From Podarcis cretensis (taxonomy: Eukaryota), in NCBI GenBank assembly GCA_951804945.1, contig OX638149.1:37200001-37264000 (forward strand): a DNA stretch of 64,000 nucleotides, read 5' to 3'. The position numbers and the translations under genes were made by a program. The first letter of the stretch is position 1. Each line of letters opens with the position of its first letter. The notes beneath the pieces are model-generated. The model made no database searches. It had not been told where the DNA came from and saw only the letters and a list, made by a program, of their open reading frames with translations. This document shows positions 12,101-23,649 of the stretch, in pieces.

Positions 12101-15100
12101 AGCGGCTTAGCGGCTTAGGAAAAGGGGGGAAAAAGGGGAAAAAACCCGCAGGAACTCGCAAGACATTTTCGTCTTGCGAAGCAAGCCCATAGGGAAATTC
12201 GTTTTGCGAAGCGCCTCCAAAACGGAAAACCCTTTCGTCTAGCGGGTTTTCCGTCTTGCGAGGTGTTCGTCTTGCGGGGCACCACTGTACATATTACTGC
12301 ATTTGCTCATATTCATTCCTTTTATCGTCCTCCCCAATCTTACTGATGACATTTAGATTGTAAACTTCTTTGAAGCAGGGATATGGAAATTTGTTTGTGT
12401 ACATGCATGCTTATGCTACTCTAGGAAACACCACTGATGCTCCCATACCAGTTATAGAATTTGTGACTCTTATTCCAGTTAGCTTTTAGTGCAGGGGTGG
12501 GAAACCGTTTCTCCCTGGTGGGCCAGATCTGTCTTTGCCCTACCACCATTGGTAAGATTTGCCAGGTGGGTAGAGCCATCACCTACCAATCATCTGATGT
12601 CGCAGCGATATCAGGTAACAAGCCTCTCTAGGAATGTTCTGTGTGTGCCTCTATAGCAGGCATGACCAAACTTGGCCCTCCAACTGTTTTGGGACTACAA
12701 TTCCCATCATCCCTGACCACTGGTCCTGTTAGCTATGGATGATGGAAGTTGTAGTTCCAAAACAGATGGAGGGCCAAGTTTGGCCATGCCTGCTCTATAG
12801 AGGCTTCTCAGGTTCATGAAGCAGTTTGCATGGAAAATGTTGCTAAATATGAAGGTCTTTCTTCAATTTGAGCAGTGGTTTCAATGCAAACCCATTCATG
12901 ATCCTAAGCAAGGTACACTCTCACTGCTCATCAGCTGATCAGTATCAACTGTTGGGTGGGTAGGTGTTCATCTTGCTTCAGCAAAAGAATAGTAAGGAAC
13001 TCACTTTAAAGTTCTTTGCTTGAAGCTGAATTGGTCCCCAACCTGAAATGAAGTCTCCTGGAAGAGGGCAAAGCTGGCTAGCTCCCTGAACAGGAACATT
13101 CAATTCTGCAACATTTTTATTGCAGGTCCTACTTGAATTAAACTATACAAGTGCTTTCCATCATTGTACAGCATACTTCTTTTTAGTAGTAAAAGGAAGT
13201 ACTATTATTGTGGTGTTCTGGACATACCTGCAAACAGTCTCTATGAAACCAAGCGTTTTTGCAGCATGGACTTGCCAAAATGTTATACGATGGTGCATGT
13301 TCAACCAACTCTAAACATATGGTACACTGTGATGATCCTTTAGAGGTTGGGGAACGTTTTTGTGTGGGTCGGTGTTTCCAACAGTATGACCTGAAAAATA
13401 CAGAGCCACTGCAAGGTTATTACCTGTAAAAGCTTACTGACATTCCAAGCAACAAAGAAACATGGGGCAACTTAAGACCAACAAATTTCTCTTGGTATAA
13501 GCTTTTGTGGGCTGGAATCAACATCAGATATGTAAAGTGGTCACCTAAGTGGATATGCATATATAAACAATGTGTACAGAGAGAATGGTGTTTTTAAGAA
13601 CCAAAGTAAGCCAAATAAGCAAGCAATGGATGAAACAGCAGTAGAGGTGTTGCATTACTATGCACAGCACAAAAGCTCTAGCCAATGGTGATATCTGGTC
13701 TCTCAGGATTTGCGAGGTATATATGTGGTTGCAAGATGAGAGAAGAGCAAGAGGGATTCCTATTTTTATGTGAGAGGAAATCTGTCATGCAAGTGGGACA
13801 CCACAACTAGATATCATCCAATTTATGTATTGTATTTAAATAACTCCACATTAACAAGAACTTTGGAACTTGCAGCTTTTTGACTCTAGTTAATTTTACT
13901 AAAAGTTAATGAACATAACTTACGGAAAATTTTCCCTGAATTGGAAAATGCATCCTCTCTCTACCCCACAAGGAAAGTGGTAACTTCGTTTGCATCTGGA
14001 TGCCACACAACCAATTGAAGCACCTCTTTTCTTACAGATAGCACATTTCTAAAAACAAATACCACCAGTTGTTTAATTTTTTTGTTTTAGTAGTTATTCT
14101 AAAACTTATTTTAACCTCTGTTTAAAAATAAGAAGCAATATATAACTGTATAAAATGTATATTAAGAGAAATGCGCTGTTGAATAAGTCATCACTACTAG
14201 TCAAAACAATAATGAGCCTTTCCTCAAATGTCCATGATTTACTATACAGTGGAACCTCGACTTACGTACGGCTCTACTTATGTACCACTCCAGTTATGAC
14301 CTTCAGTAGGTGCTTCTACTTATGAACTTTTCTCTAGATACAAACAGAGACCTTGCCAACAGCCTGGAGCTCAGCTGGCCGGCTGCGGAGCAGCGCTGAG
14401 GTCTCTGCTGCTGGGGAGAGGGCCCCCATCCCACCCCCAAAGCTGTGGAAGAGGTGCCGTGCCGCCTGCAAGAGACACAGCAGGGCGCACTGTAGCCCCA
14501 AACCCCGCCGAGGAACTAACCTGAGGAAGTCCAGAAAAGAACCTGGCCTGGCAAGAAAAAAAAGTGACCCTGGCTGATGGGAACCAGCTCTTTACTGACC
14601 CTTGCCCCATCCCCAGCTTGTAGCCAGGTAAGCCCACCCACCCTCAGTGCATGTAAGGGAAAAAAATGTTAATTTTTTTTAATCTACAATACTGTCTTAT
14701 TTATTTTACAGTACAGTACATTGATTATTGCCTTCATTTTATGGATCTATGGTCTTGTTAGACAGTAAAATCCATGTTAAGTTGCTGTTTTAGGGGATGT
14801 TTTTCATCGTCTAGGATGGATGAATTCACTTTTCCACTACTTTCTATGGAAAAGTGCCTACTTATGTACATTTCTAGTTATGACCGGAGCTCCGGAACAG
14901 ATTATGGTTATAAGTAGAGGTTCCACTGTAGTTCATTTTTCTATTATGTAAATGAAAATGTAACTAGCTTTCTTTTCTCTTTTGGTTTACTACAAAACCA
15001 AGCAATAACCCTGTCATCTGCATAGCCACTCATTCAGAATTGTCCACTATCACTAGTATTTTGTATACAGAACCCCAGCTAATGTGAACATTTAAAATGC

Positions 15101-17322
15101 TGGTTTTCGATCTTTCATATTTGCAAATAACTTTATATAACAACATAACAGCATTAATAACTCTGTCTTAAAAATATATGTAAGTATCTTACTCCCAACT
15201 GCCACTCTACATCTTCAGTACTTCTATTTGTGGCAGAAATTTCCAACATGCTTTTGGAATTTCTAAAACCTTTAGTTTAGAGATTTGATTAATTTTGCTT
15301 AACACCAATCATAGAAGTTAACTGTTTTTATACAGTTAATTCTACAGGTTATCTGAGAAGTGATTTGGCTTTCTCATCTTCAAAAAAGAAAAAAAAAGAA
15401 GCAGCATCGTTTACTACAACTATTTTTTTTAATTCCCTGGGTTTTATCTACAGCTATCCTAACCATTAACTAGAAATGACTGCTTAATGCTATACAGATT
15501 TCTTTAACCAAAGCAGTTGCATCAATATCTGCCTATAATGCCAAAGAAAGACTGTCGCCTTAGTGAAACTCAACTATATCATATTTTAGCATATTGTACT
15601 GGTATACATGATGCTATGTCCTTCTGGTCAGACAACTCTTTGGAACAGACTCAACATTCAAGATATATTCTTACCAGTCTTGCAGCTCGATTAATTTCTT
15701 TTTGGATGTCCTCAGGTAAAAACCCATAAAAACCTTCTTCGTCTTCACCTCTCTGCCAAATCCCACTTGACATTAACTACAATAAAGGAATGGATTACTG
15801 GTAAGTTATTGAGAAAAAACATTACTGCAGACACCCACGTACACATGCTCTGCTCCAGCTGATCATAATACCACCCAAGGAGGTGTTGGTTTTCACTATA
15901 GCAAAGTACTTAGAACTTTGCAGGTTCAAAAGAAAATACTTACCACACAGTAATAATGAACAGTGAGATTGTAGTCCTCGTAAGTCCTCCTTTCCCCATA
16001 CTTTTCAGGACGGTCATCAGCCCGTTGACAAAATTCACAGGCTAAAATATTAAGAAGCAATTTTATATAGCGTGTTAGTTCTCTGAAATGGCACTTTAGA
16101 TGTTTAACAGATGTTTCAAGTTGTAAGATATACCCTTCCGACACAAAGCAACAATATCTGGACACAATGGGTTGCATCCAGTATCCCTTCCATTCAAAGA
16201 AGGGACTGAGATCTAGCAGATGCTCCTGCTAGAGGAAAGTGGGGGGGGGAGGGGGAAGCATTGTGAGGCATGATGTTCAGAGACAGGAATGAACTGCAGT
16301 GAGTGCCCCTCCTTTGCACAGCTGGGGAGGGCATTTGGAAGCACTGAATGAAGGGAGCATGACCCCGAAGCTCCCTGTGGTGCATTTCTCTGTGCTGAAC
16401 TATGTTTTTGCACCAAGGTCACCCATATTTCTGGACCAGTGGCAATTCACAACCACAGACACATACACTCCCTCTTGAAAAATATGGAAACATTGCATCC
16501 AGTTGTTGAGTTCAATAGCAAAAATCAGAACTAGAACAAAATTGCTAGAACACTGTAGATTGTCCAACATGGGGGTTTTAGTGACTATCCAGTACGGATA
16601 ACAAAGCCCAGAACATGATACATAGAGGATGAAGCGTTCTATGTCTGAAGATTTGGGGAAGGGACTGCAAGGGAAGGACAAATCTAATTGCAAGGTTAGG
16701 TATCAGTTTAAGTAAATCTTTCAAATTCCGTCTGCCAGTAATTACTGCAGTGTTTGTTTGTAGCAGGTTAGTGTGGTACAGAGGTTAGATTAGGACCTGG
16801 GAGAACAAGGTTCAAATTCCATCAGCTAGAAAGCTTACTGGTTGACCTTGACCCTCTCTCAGCCTAACCTACTTCACAGTACCTTTGGGAGGATAAAATG
16901 GGGAGGAGAACAATGTATGGAACCTTTAGCTCCTTGGTACAGCTAGGCTTATTAAGAATGGGGCAGAGTGACAATGTCCAAGAATAGTTAAATATCCAGT
17001 CCCTGAAACAATTGTTACATGAATTTGAAGTGGCAAATTGCACTAGCATTAAAAACAGAGGGTTGTTGTTTTTTTTTTGTACAAATCCATGATTGGCATT
17101 TGGTTACATTAATTCAGGCTTCCTCAACCTTGGCCCTCCAGATGTTTTTGGTCTAAGACTCCCATGATCCCTAGCTAGCAGGACCAGTGGTCAGGGATGA
17201 TGGGAATTGTAGTCTCAAAACACCTGGTGGGCCAAGATTGAGGAAGCCTGCATTAATTGTTTAAGTAAACATGCACGGTACTTACTCAATTTCTGAAGGC
17301 AGCCAACAATGTTATCACTCAT
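2893..17322 (-). CDS. G2E3: G2/M phase-specific E3 ubiquitin-protein ligase, spliced CDS of 15 coding exons (2235 nt, 744 aa)
   Basis: Hand-spliced exons: 17322-17286, 16041-15944, 15776-15675, 14048-13924, 13390-13228, 11453-11347, 10707-10591, 9622-9495, 9407-9275, 7850-7722, 6749-6448, 5172-4991, 4737-4565, 3587-3388, 3131-2893. All have AG acceptors and GT donors (one GC), consistent phases and no internal stops. Motifs recognised from G2E3: [82 protein letters not shown]. Confidence 0.97.
3388..3587 (-). CDS. G2E3: G2E3 coding exon 14 ([30 protein letters not shown]...[10 protein letters not shown])
   Basis: 200 nt, CCCCCTTAG/GTAAGA. Confidence 0.95.
4565..4737 (-). CDS. G2E3: G2E3 coding exon 13 ([27 protein letters not shown]...[12 protein letters not shown])
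   Basis: 173 nt, TGTAG/GTTTGT. Confidence 0.93.
4991..5172 (-). CDS. G2E3: G2E3 coding exon 12 ([39 protein letters not shown]...)
   Basis: 182 nt, CTTTCAG/GTAGGT. Confidence 0.95.
6179..6398. mobile_element. Tc1/mariner-pogo (Tigger-like) MITE
   Basis: TIRs CAGTTGTACCTTGGA / TCCAAGGTACGACTG, TA flanks; same family as 50880-51114. Confidence 0.8.
6448..6749 (-). CDS. G2E3: G2E3 coding exon 11 (start of HECT-like domain; [12 protein letters not shown]...LQNSSLFEG)
   Basis: 302 nt, TTTTGTGCAG/GTAAGC. Confidence 0.95.
7722..7850 (-). CDS. G2E3: G2E3 coding exon 10, additional Ser/Pro-rich linker exon (43 codons)
   Basis: 129 nt, acceptor TCTTCCCTTCTAG, donor GTAAGT, phase 2-2, open in the required frame ([42 protein letters not shown]). 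Confidence 0.75.
8450..9110 (-). mobile_element. Degenerate L2-like LINE fragment (boundaries approximate)
   Basis: Resembles the reverse strand of L2 ORF2 3' region (GCAGCATTCTGCATTAACTGCAG, TAATCTAGTCTTGAAGTCACCAGTGC); recognised from memory. Confidence 0.55.
9275..9407 (-). CDS. G2E3: G2E3 coding exon 9 (...[22 protein letters not shown]), GC donor
   Basis: 133 nt, CACAG acceptor, donor CAG/GCATGT; phase 2 fits both downstream exons. Confidence 0.85.
9495..9622 (-). CDS. G2E3: G2E3 coding exon 8 ([42 protein letters not shown] 3)
   Basis: 128 nt, TCTTTTAG/GTATGA. Confidence 0.95.
10591..10707 (-). CDS. G2E3: G2E3 coding exon 7 ([38 protein letters not shown])
   Basis: 117 nt, TTTCCAG/GTATTA. 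Confidence 0.95.
11347..11453 (-). CDS. G2E3: G2E3 coding exon 6 ([36 protein letters not shown])
   Basis: 107 nt, CAG/GTAAGT. Confidence 0.95.
11958..12287. mobile_element. Tc1/mariner-pogo MITE with internal TTAGCGG short repeats
   Basis: TIRs CAGTGGTGCCTCGCAAGACGAA / TTCGTCTTGCGGGGCACCACTG, TA TSD. Confidence 0.88.
12657..12792. mobile_element. hAT-type palindromic MITE (136 bp), nested in an older element
   Basis: TIRs CAGGCATG.CCAAACTTGGCCCTCC; 8-bp TSD CTCTATAG. Confidence 0.88.
13228..13390 (-). CDS. G2E3: G2E3 coding exon 5 (SYCWKHRP...CTICLE...[15 protein letters not shown])
   Basis: 163 nt, TTTTTCAG/GTATGT. Confidence 0.95.
13924..14048 (-). CDS. G2E3: G2E3 coding exon 4 ([28 protein letters not shown]..., PHD/RING 1)
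   Basis: 125 nt, TTTTTAG/GTAAGT. Confidence 0.95.
14247..14928. mobile_element. Non-autonomous Tigger-like DNA transposon (682 bp)
   Basis: TIRs CAGTGGAACCTC.ACTTA / TAAGTAGAGGTTCCACTG, TA TSD. Confidence 0.85.
15675..15776 (-). CDS. G2E3: G2E3 coding exon 3 ([34 protein letters not shown])
   Basis: 102 nt, TAG/GTAAG. Confidence 0.95.
15944..16041 (-). CDS. G2E3: G2E3 coding exon 2 ([32 protein letters not shown])
   Basis: 98 nt, AG/GTAAGT, pre-PHD zinc-finger motif. Confidence 0.95.
17115..17250. mobile_element. hAT-type palindromic MITE (136 bp)
   Basis: TIRs CAGGCTTCCTCAA / TTGAGGAAGCCTG; 8-bp TSD CATTAATT. Confidence 0.9.
17286..17322 (-). CDS. G2E3: G2E3 first coding exon ([12 protein letters not shown]; exon spans 17341-17286 including 5' UTR)
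   Basis: Acceptor TTTAACAG before 17341, ATG in AGGATGA context, 37 coding nt, GTAAGT donor; phase fits the next exon. Confidence 0.85.
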
Positions 17323-19690
17323 CCTAGCGTTCTCCTTCCAACTGTTAAATATGGAAGGGGGAAAAAAATCAGTTGCAGCATACCTGATTTTAGTCTTTTT
17401 AGTCTAGTACCATACCCAGTATTCTCTGTTTCAAATTAAAAACAAAGTACAGGAAACAGAATTATTGGTTTAACTACTCAGTATACTTTTCTGCTGTCAT
17501 GACAAATTTGGCTTCAGTTTTGTATTAATCAGTAGTTCATTGAAATTTGCCATTATTTTTAAAAGTAGCTACAACAACATTTTTAGAATAAACTTGAAAT
17601 TCAGAAAAGCAAATACATTATCTTTTCGGTGGTACAAAATTATCTGGAAGAAAATAAGCTCCTAGTGTCCTTGCAGTTAGCTATTTTGTCTCTGTGAGTC
17701 AGCTGAGAGTCCTGCCTTCAGTCTTCATCCAGAAAAATAAGATGATAAGGAACAAGTGAAGAAAAAGAAAAAAAGAGGGAAGGAGGGGTAGGGGAGGGGA
17801 TGAGAGGGGAGTCGAGTTTTTGTGTCAACTGAAGAGGCAAGCAGTGAGATGAGATAACAGGTCACAAAGGTATTACTTTGGAGCAATTAGGTCATAAAGG
17901 CTCTTGCTCTGGGACAGTATAGTTGTTATCCAACACTCCAGAAAGGTACCTCATGAGCCAGTAAGCTTATACAAAAGGGTATTTTGCCATTATAAATGCC
18001 TCTTGCTCCCTTGGAATGACTTGGAATGTTCCCTTGGGTACCAATCTAGTAGATACCCAATAAAAATCTCAGTGGTAAGTTGAATTTCTAAGCCTGCAAA
18101 ATAAGCCACTTTGCAATACAGCAAACCCCAAGATGCAAGTATCTTCCATGCCTAGTGTAAGGTTAATACTTTGCTTAAAATCTTCTTCCCAAACACAGTA
18201 TGTCAGTTTAGGTTAGCCTCCAATGTCCCACTTCTCCAACAAGCAAAGATATCACAACAGTTTAGCTTGGCTAGCTGGAAAGGAGACTAATGAATTTGCA
18301 CCACTATCGCTGCATTACACTGACCATATGTTAAGTTTTGAATGAAAAGCTAATTTTATTTGTTTTAGGAATACAGTATGCACCAATAAAAAGTTCTGAA
18401 ACAGATACTACATAGAAATCCTAGTTATAAGCTCCGTGCAGGATCATCCATTTGGGAGAAAACAGGTCTGCAAAAATAAGGCATTTGCCTGCTGCTCAAA
18501 AGACAGCTTGCAGGGATTTTATTCCACAAACAGAGCTCCAACAAGAGATAACTCTCTGCCCACACCCCACTTCAGAGGATGGCTTCCAAGAGGGACATTG
18601 GTTTGAAATTGGCAAAAGGCCTCTGCGTTGGCAACAGTATTTAGCTGACTATACAAAACAACCAAATCACAAATCTTTTTTGTTTTTTGATTACCTCTCC
18701 TGAAAAAATATTCTTTTCTCAATAATTTCCAAAGGCATTCAAGATCCACTAGCTCTAAGTATTTCAACTGATATCATCTGTACAGGTAGGGTTTCCTGTG
18801 TAACATGGACAGAAGCAGATGGGAAAAGTTACAACCTTCACTATCTTCGATCATTCCTCTTACAGAAAAAGAAACTGGGAATATTTTATTATCCTAAACA
18901 CTTGTCTACCCAGAAATAAGCAAAATACTCCTGAGTAAGCATCTTGAGGATCACAGCAGAAGTTTCCTAAATTCAGCAGATGGATAAAGAAAGGTATGCA
19001 TGTGCACAGAGTCTTAATGATCTTTAGCAAACTTTTATTTCCTCTGCAGGCTTTTTTGTGGGGTGGAACTTCAGTTATCTGGATCATGCTAAGTAATCAC
19101 AACACTATTTTAAAAAGCTTTATTTTTCTATTCCCAGACAGGTACAACATGGGTTACAGAAATACATTTCATACAAGTCAGGGCTGATACTTTTTATTAA
19201 AAATGAATAAACGTAACAAGGCAGGTTTTATTTCAAACTTGAGATGGTGTCATGACTTCAGATAAAACAATGGCAAAGAAAAGGATCCAGCTGGGGGGCT
19301 GTATCCTGAGCTTCCTCACCCCTGCAAGCCACTCTGACAGGTGGGTGGGACTGTCCACCTGTCAAGCACCTGATGTCACCATGATTTCAGAGAACCTATC
19401 TGCCCCTTATGCTGCACCTCTTCAAGTCAAAGTATCGCTTGAAGTCATTGCCGAACACCATTTTCTTCACACCCTGCTTTCAAGCAGGGACAAGCTATAT
19501 TCCGAAGTTCCCTGTTCTCACTGGGGCTTGAAGTCACACCAAACAGCTGATTGGTGCTGACTTCAAATCCCAATTTTGTCAGGGATCCACTCCACCTGGG
19601 AGCTCTGATTGAGTACTCCTGAATGGAACCAACCCTAGCAGGTCTTGGAAGCCCTGCTTACCAAGAAACAAGCAACAGTACACTTTACAG

Positions 19691-19825
19691 CAGGCTTCCT
19701 CAAACTCGGCCCTCAGGTGTTTCTGGCCTACAACTCCCATGATCCCTAGCTAGCAGGACCAGTGGTCAGGGATGATGGGAATTGTAGTCTCGAAACATCT
19801 GGAGGGCTGAGTTTGAAGAAGCCTG
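19691..19825. mobile_element. hAT-type palindromic MITE, same family as 17115-17250
   Basis: TIRs CAGGCTTC / GAAGCCTG; 8-bp TSD CTTTACAG. Confidence 0.9.
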
Positions 19826-20884
19826 CTTTACAGCTCCCAATTGTTCGTTTGCAGCCATGTTTTTTTTAACCTGCCCCACACCTGATGTCATATAAACCAC
19901 TCTGAAGATTTTCCCGAATCAAGTGGTACAAAATTTTTATGAAATAAAAAATAAATAGAAAAATGACTTGGGGCATGGCTTGGAGAAAATGGCTTTGTGG
20001 GTAAAATTAGGACCCCTGCTGGGCCAAAGGTTCTCCACTGCTGAGATAAAACAAAAGAACACCTGCAGCTAACAGTCACTTTTGAGAACTATGGAAAAAA
20101 TGTTGTGTGTATTAAAAAAAACCAACAACTTATTTTGGAGCAAGTCTGATTTCAAAGTCAAATCTACACTGCCACAGTCAGTCAGTTTTAAATAAAATGT
20201 TCTAAACAAACAAAACAAGGAAAGGAGACAGAATTTCAAATGCATGTTTTCCCTTCTGTTAACAGGCAACAAAGACAAGCTTTGCACTTCAGGAGCTTTC
20301 ACAGATGCCATTTCAGTTCACTGTATGTGTCCTGAATTTAAATATGAAATGGTCTTAAGTTCACATTGTGGTTTGTGACAGCCTAATGCTACCACTTGAA
20401 AGGAAACCACTGGGCTATTTGTTTAGCAAATCATATTCCGTTTTTAGCGGAAATGCTCTCTAAATTGAAGGACAGCTCCAAGCAATAATAACCAGCCTGC
20501 ATGTATTATACACTGCAAATCTGAAATGACTTAACATTCCTGAAGTTAGGAAGTATCTTAGAGTCTTTTAGCTCAGTTTACTCAGAACTGTCCACTGAAT
20601 TCAATAGGACTTGCTTCCTAGTACTTTGGACTTACAACTTACAAACCTACTTAGACTGGAACCCAAACAGTAACTTAAGAAATCTCACTAGAAAAAGGAA
20701 TATATTTCAGCCAAAGGTTCTAGGGTGTTCAGTGGAAACAGGGAAGATAACCCTATGAAACAGAAGCACATGTGTAATATATGGATGCTGAAATACGTCA
20801 ACTGCTTCAGCCCTTTCACTACTTATAGAAAAGAGTGCTCCAACCATAAACAGGTGCTAAGTCACAGTGATCAACTTGACAGTA

Positions 20885-21245
20885 ATAATATTATTTATAC
20901 ACCGCCCATTTGGCTGGGTTTCCCTAGCCACTCTAGGCAGCCCACAGCATATATCAAAGCATAATAAAACATCAAACAAAACTTCCCAATACAGGGCTAC
21001 CTTCAGATGTCTTCTAAAAGTCATGTATTCTTTATCTCCTTGACATCTGAAAGGGGGGGGAGGTGTTCCACAGGGAGGGTGCCACTACCAAGAAGGCCCT
21101 TTGCCTGGTTCACTGTAACTTCACTTCTTGCAGTGAGGGAACCAGCGGAAGACCCTCGGAGGAGGACCTCAGTGTCCGGGCTAAACAATGGGGGTGGAGA
21201 CATTCCTTCAGGTATACTGGGCTGAGGCTGTTTAGGGCCTTAAAG
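20885..21245 (-). mobile_element. L2-like LINE 3' end
   Basis: Reverse-complement similarity to the plus-strand copy at 40985-41310 (AGACATCTGAAGG.AGCCCTG, GCCCAGAGTGGC...CCCAGCCA.ATGGGCGG). Confidence 0.7.
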
Positions 21246-23084
21246 GCTCTGTGGGGAAGAGTCAGTAACGGGACTTATCTGCTTAGGGCAGTGAATGACT
21301 GAGAGCATCACCACAGTGGTTGGGAAGGAAGAGACAAATGAGAAATGAACTGAAAAATGGCTCCTTGTCACCTTCCAGCCTTGCAAAATAATGGCACAAA
21401 GGGAAACAAATGTTATTCTCTTTTTGTAAGTGCTTCCCTGGGTTGAGTTGCTTTTTTATTTCTGGCATTGACAACTGTGTGGCACACAAAAATTCAACAG
21501 GTAAAGCTTTTCCTGACATAAAGGAAATGATGGGAAATGGTTTGTTTGCACCAGCTGAATTCCTGTATGACATGTTTCCAGACTATGAACCTGTCTGCTC
21601 TTTAAGTTCTGCATTTCAGGCTCTACTCCTAGATGTCATTTTCAAAGCTGAGGTGGGTAACTGGGATTTAGGGACTCTTGATTGATGATGCCCCAGTTGT
21701 GAAATAGCCCCACTTTAGTGCATTACACTAATGCATAGGGGAGGTTCCCAGTGTGTGAATTAGTGATCAAGCTATCCCTATCCAGGAAAGGACACAGTGT
21801 AGCGCAATTGTAGTTGATGGTAGGCATTCTTCTTTTCCATTATCTGTGATTTCGTTTTTCTGCTTTAAATTGTTTTACTTTACAATTTTACCTTCATAAG
21901 CCACAGTATAAAATGATTAAATTAATGATTTTAACTTTTTGACAGGTGAAAATTTTATTATTTAGAGCTCTGAATGAAAACCCTATTGTTTCCTTGTTTT
22001 CCTCTCAATTTTTTTTTGTTTTAATTGTAATGTCAAGTGTTGAATTTAAGAATGTTTTTCAATATAAAATGCTAGCTGTTAAATGTAGAAAGAGGAGCTC
22101 TGTCACAATAAAAAAAAAAATGTGGAAAATCATATTCCTGGAGATTTCAAACATATAGAAAACAGGCATCAGTGGGAAGAAAGAGGGGCTGTAAAAAATA
22201 AAATCCTCAGTAAAAAGCCATTTAAAGCAAACAAATAAGAGTTTTATCCTACCTTAAAGCTAATAAAGTTACTTTAGCATAATCTACTTTGAACCAACTT
22301 CACAATACTATGCATGTTTACTTAAAAGCACACCTAACTGAATTCAGTAGGGCTTACTTTCAAGTAAGAGTGCATGACTAGGGAGTACCGGTAAGTCTTG
22401 CACAAAACACAGCAAGTCTGATATGCACAGGATCACACTATAATTCATCAGCCTTAATGGTATTTTCTGTAGCATGGCTGTCCCTCAAAAAAAAAAAATC
22501 TTCTTTTAAGCATGTTACAGATTCTCCTGCTGTATTTCTTTGAGCAGAAGTAACTCTGTCAACCACTCGAAAAACTGTAACTAGACAACAGTACGCTGCC
22601 ATCTGAAAGAAAAGCTGGGAGGGGGCTGTACAGTATATCTTTCTTCTCTTCACCCACCCAGCCAGGAGGATGGAATAAGTTATTGCTCTGGAAAGAAAAG
22701 ACTCCAGTTTTGAACTACACAAAGAACTGAGTACTGAATTTTGGGCTCTGGGGGCATTAGTGTGTGGTTTCTCTCTCTACATATAGGATGTGGAATACTT
22801 ATAAATATACTCCAATATTACAGAACACCAGTAAAACATCCAGTGTCTGGCACTTTAATTACAGTACTGTATATACCTTTAGGCAGCAGGCATAGAACAT
22901 TCCTCTTCAACCAGCCTTTGCTGATTCACATTCAATTAAATGTGTAGTAGGAGGGGAGATTTTTTGGTTTGCCTTTGTTCCTATTTTTATTGTGCATTTT
23001 GCTTTTTTTATATTGTATTTTTATGCTGTACCACCCTTCATCTGTAGATCTCAGGGCGGTATACAAATTTAATTGACAGCAATA

Positions 23085-23310
23085 CAGTGGTACCTCAGGT
23101 TAAGTACTTAATTCGTTCCGGAGGTCCGTACTTAACCTGAAACTGTTCTTAACCTGAAGCACCACTTTAGCTAATGGGGCCTCCCGCTGCTGCTGCGCCG
23201 CCAGAGCACGATTTCTGTTCTCATCCTGAAGCAAAGTTCTTAACCCAAGGTAATATTTCTGGGTTAGTGGAGCCTGTAACCTGAAGCGTATGTAACCCGA
23301 GGTACCACTG
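23085..23310 (-). mobile_element. Tc1/mariner-pogo MITE, family CAGTGGTACCTC(A/G)GGTTA
   Basis: Long TIRs and TA TSD; at least 8 related copies in the window. Confidence 0.92.
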
Positions 23311-23649
23311 TAGTAATAATACCAAAGGAAACTGAAGTCAGGTAAGTGCTTCTCACCACTCAGACCGTAGGATGCGTCCAACAACATCAACATCACCCTC
23401 CTATACCAAGCATGATTTGCACCCGGATCCTAGTGCATATTTACTCCGAAGGCAATCCACGGGGAGAAAGAATACAAGGGCCCTCGGGATGAGGCCAATG
23501 GCTCACCTAGTCCAGCATCCTGTTCTCACAGTGGCCAACTAGATGCCTGTGGGAAACCCGCAAGCGGGACCCGAGCACAAGAGCAACTGGCATTCCGAAG
23601 TAAACCCCACAGCAGTTTACTCTCGTGTAAGGATGCTGCAGAACGGCAG

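Noticed and set aside
20711-20853. Possible plus-strand exon upstream of the 21501 candidate
   Set aside because: Its only open frame ends in phase 0, incompatible with the phase-1 start at 21501; weak donor; no recognisable protein.
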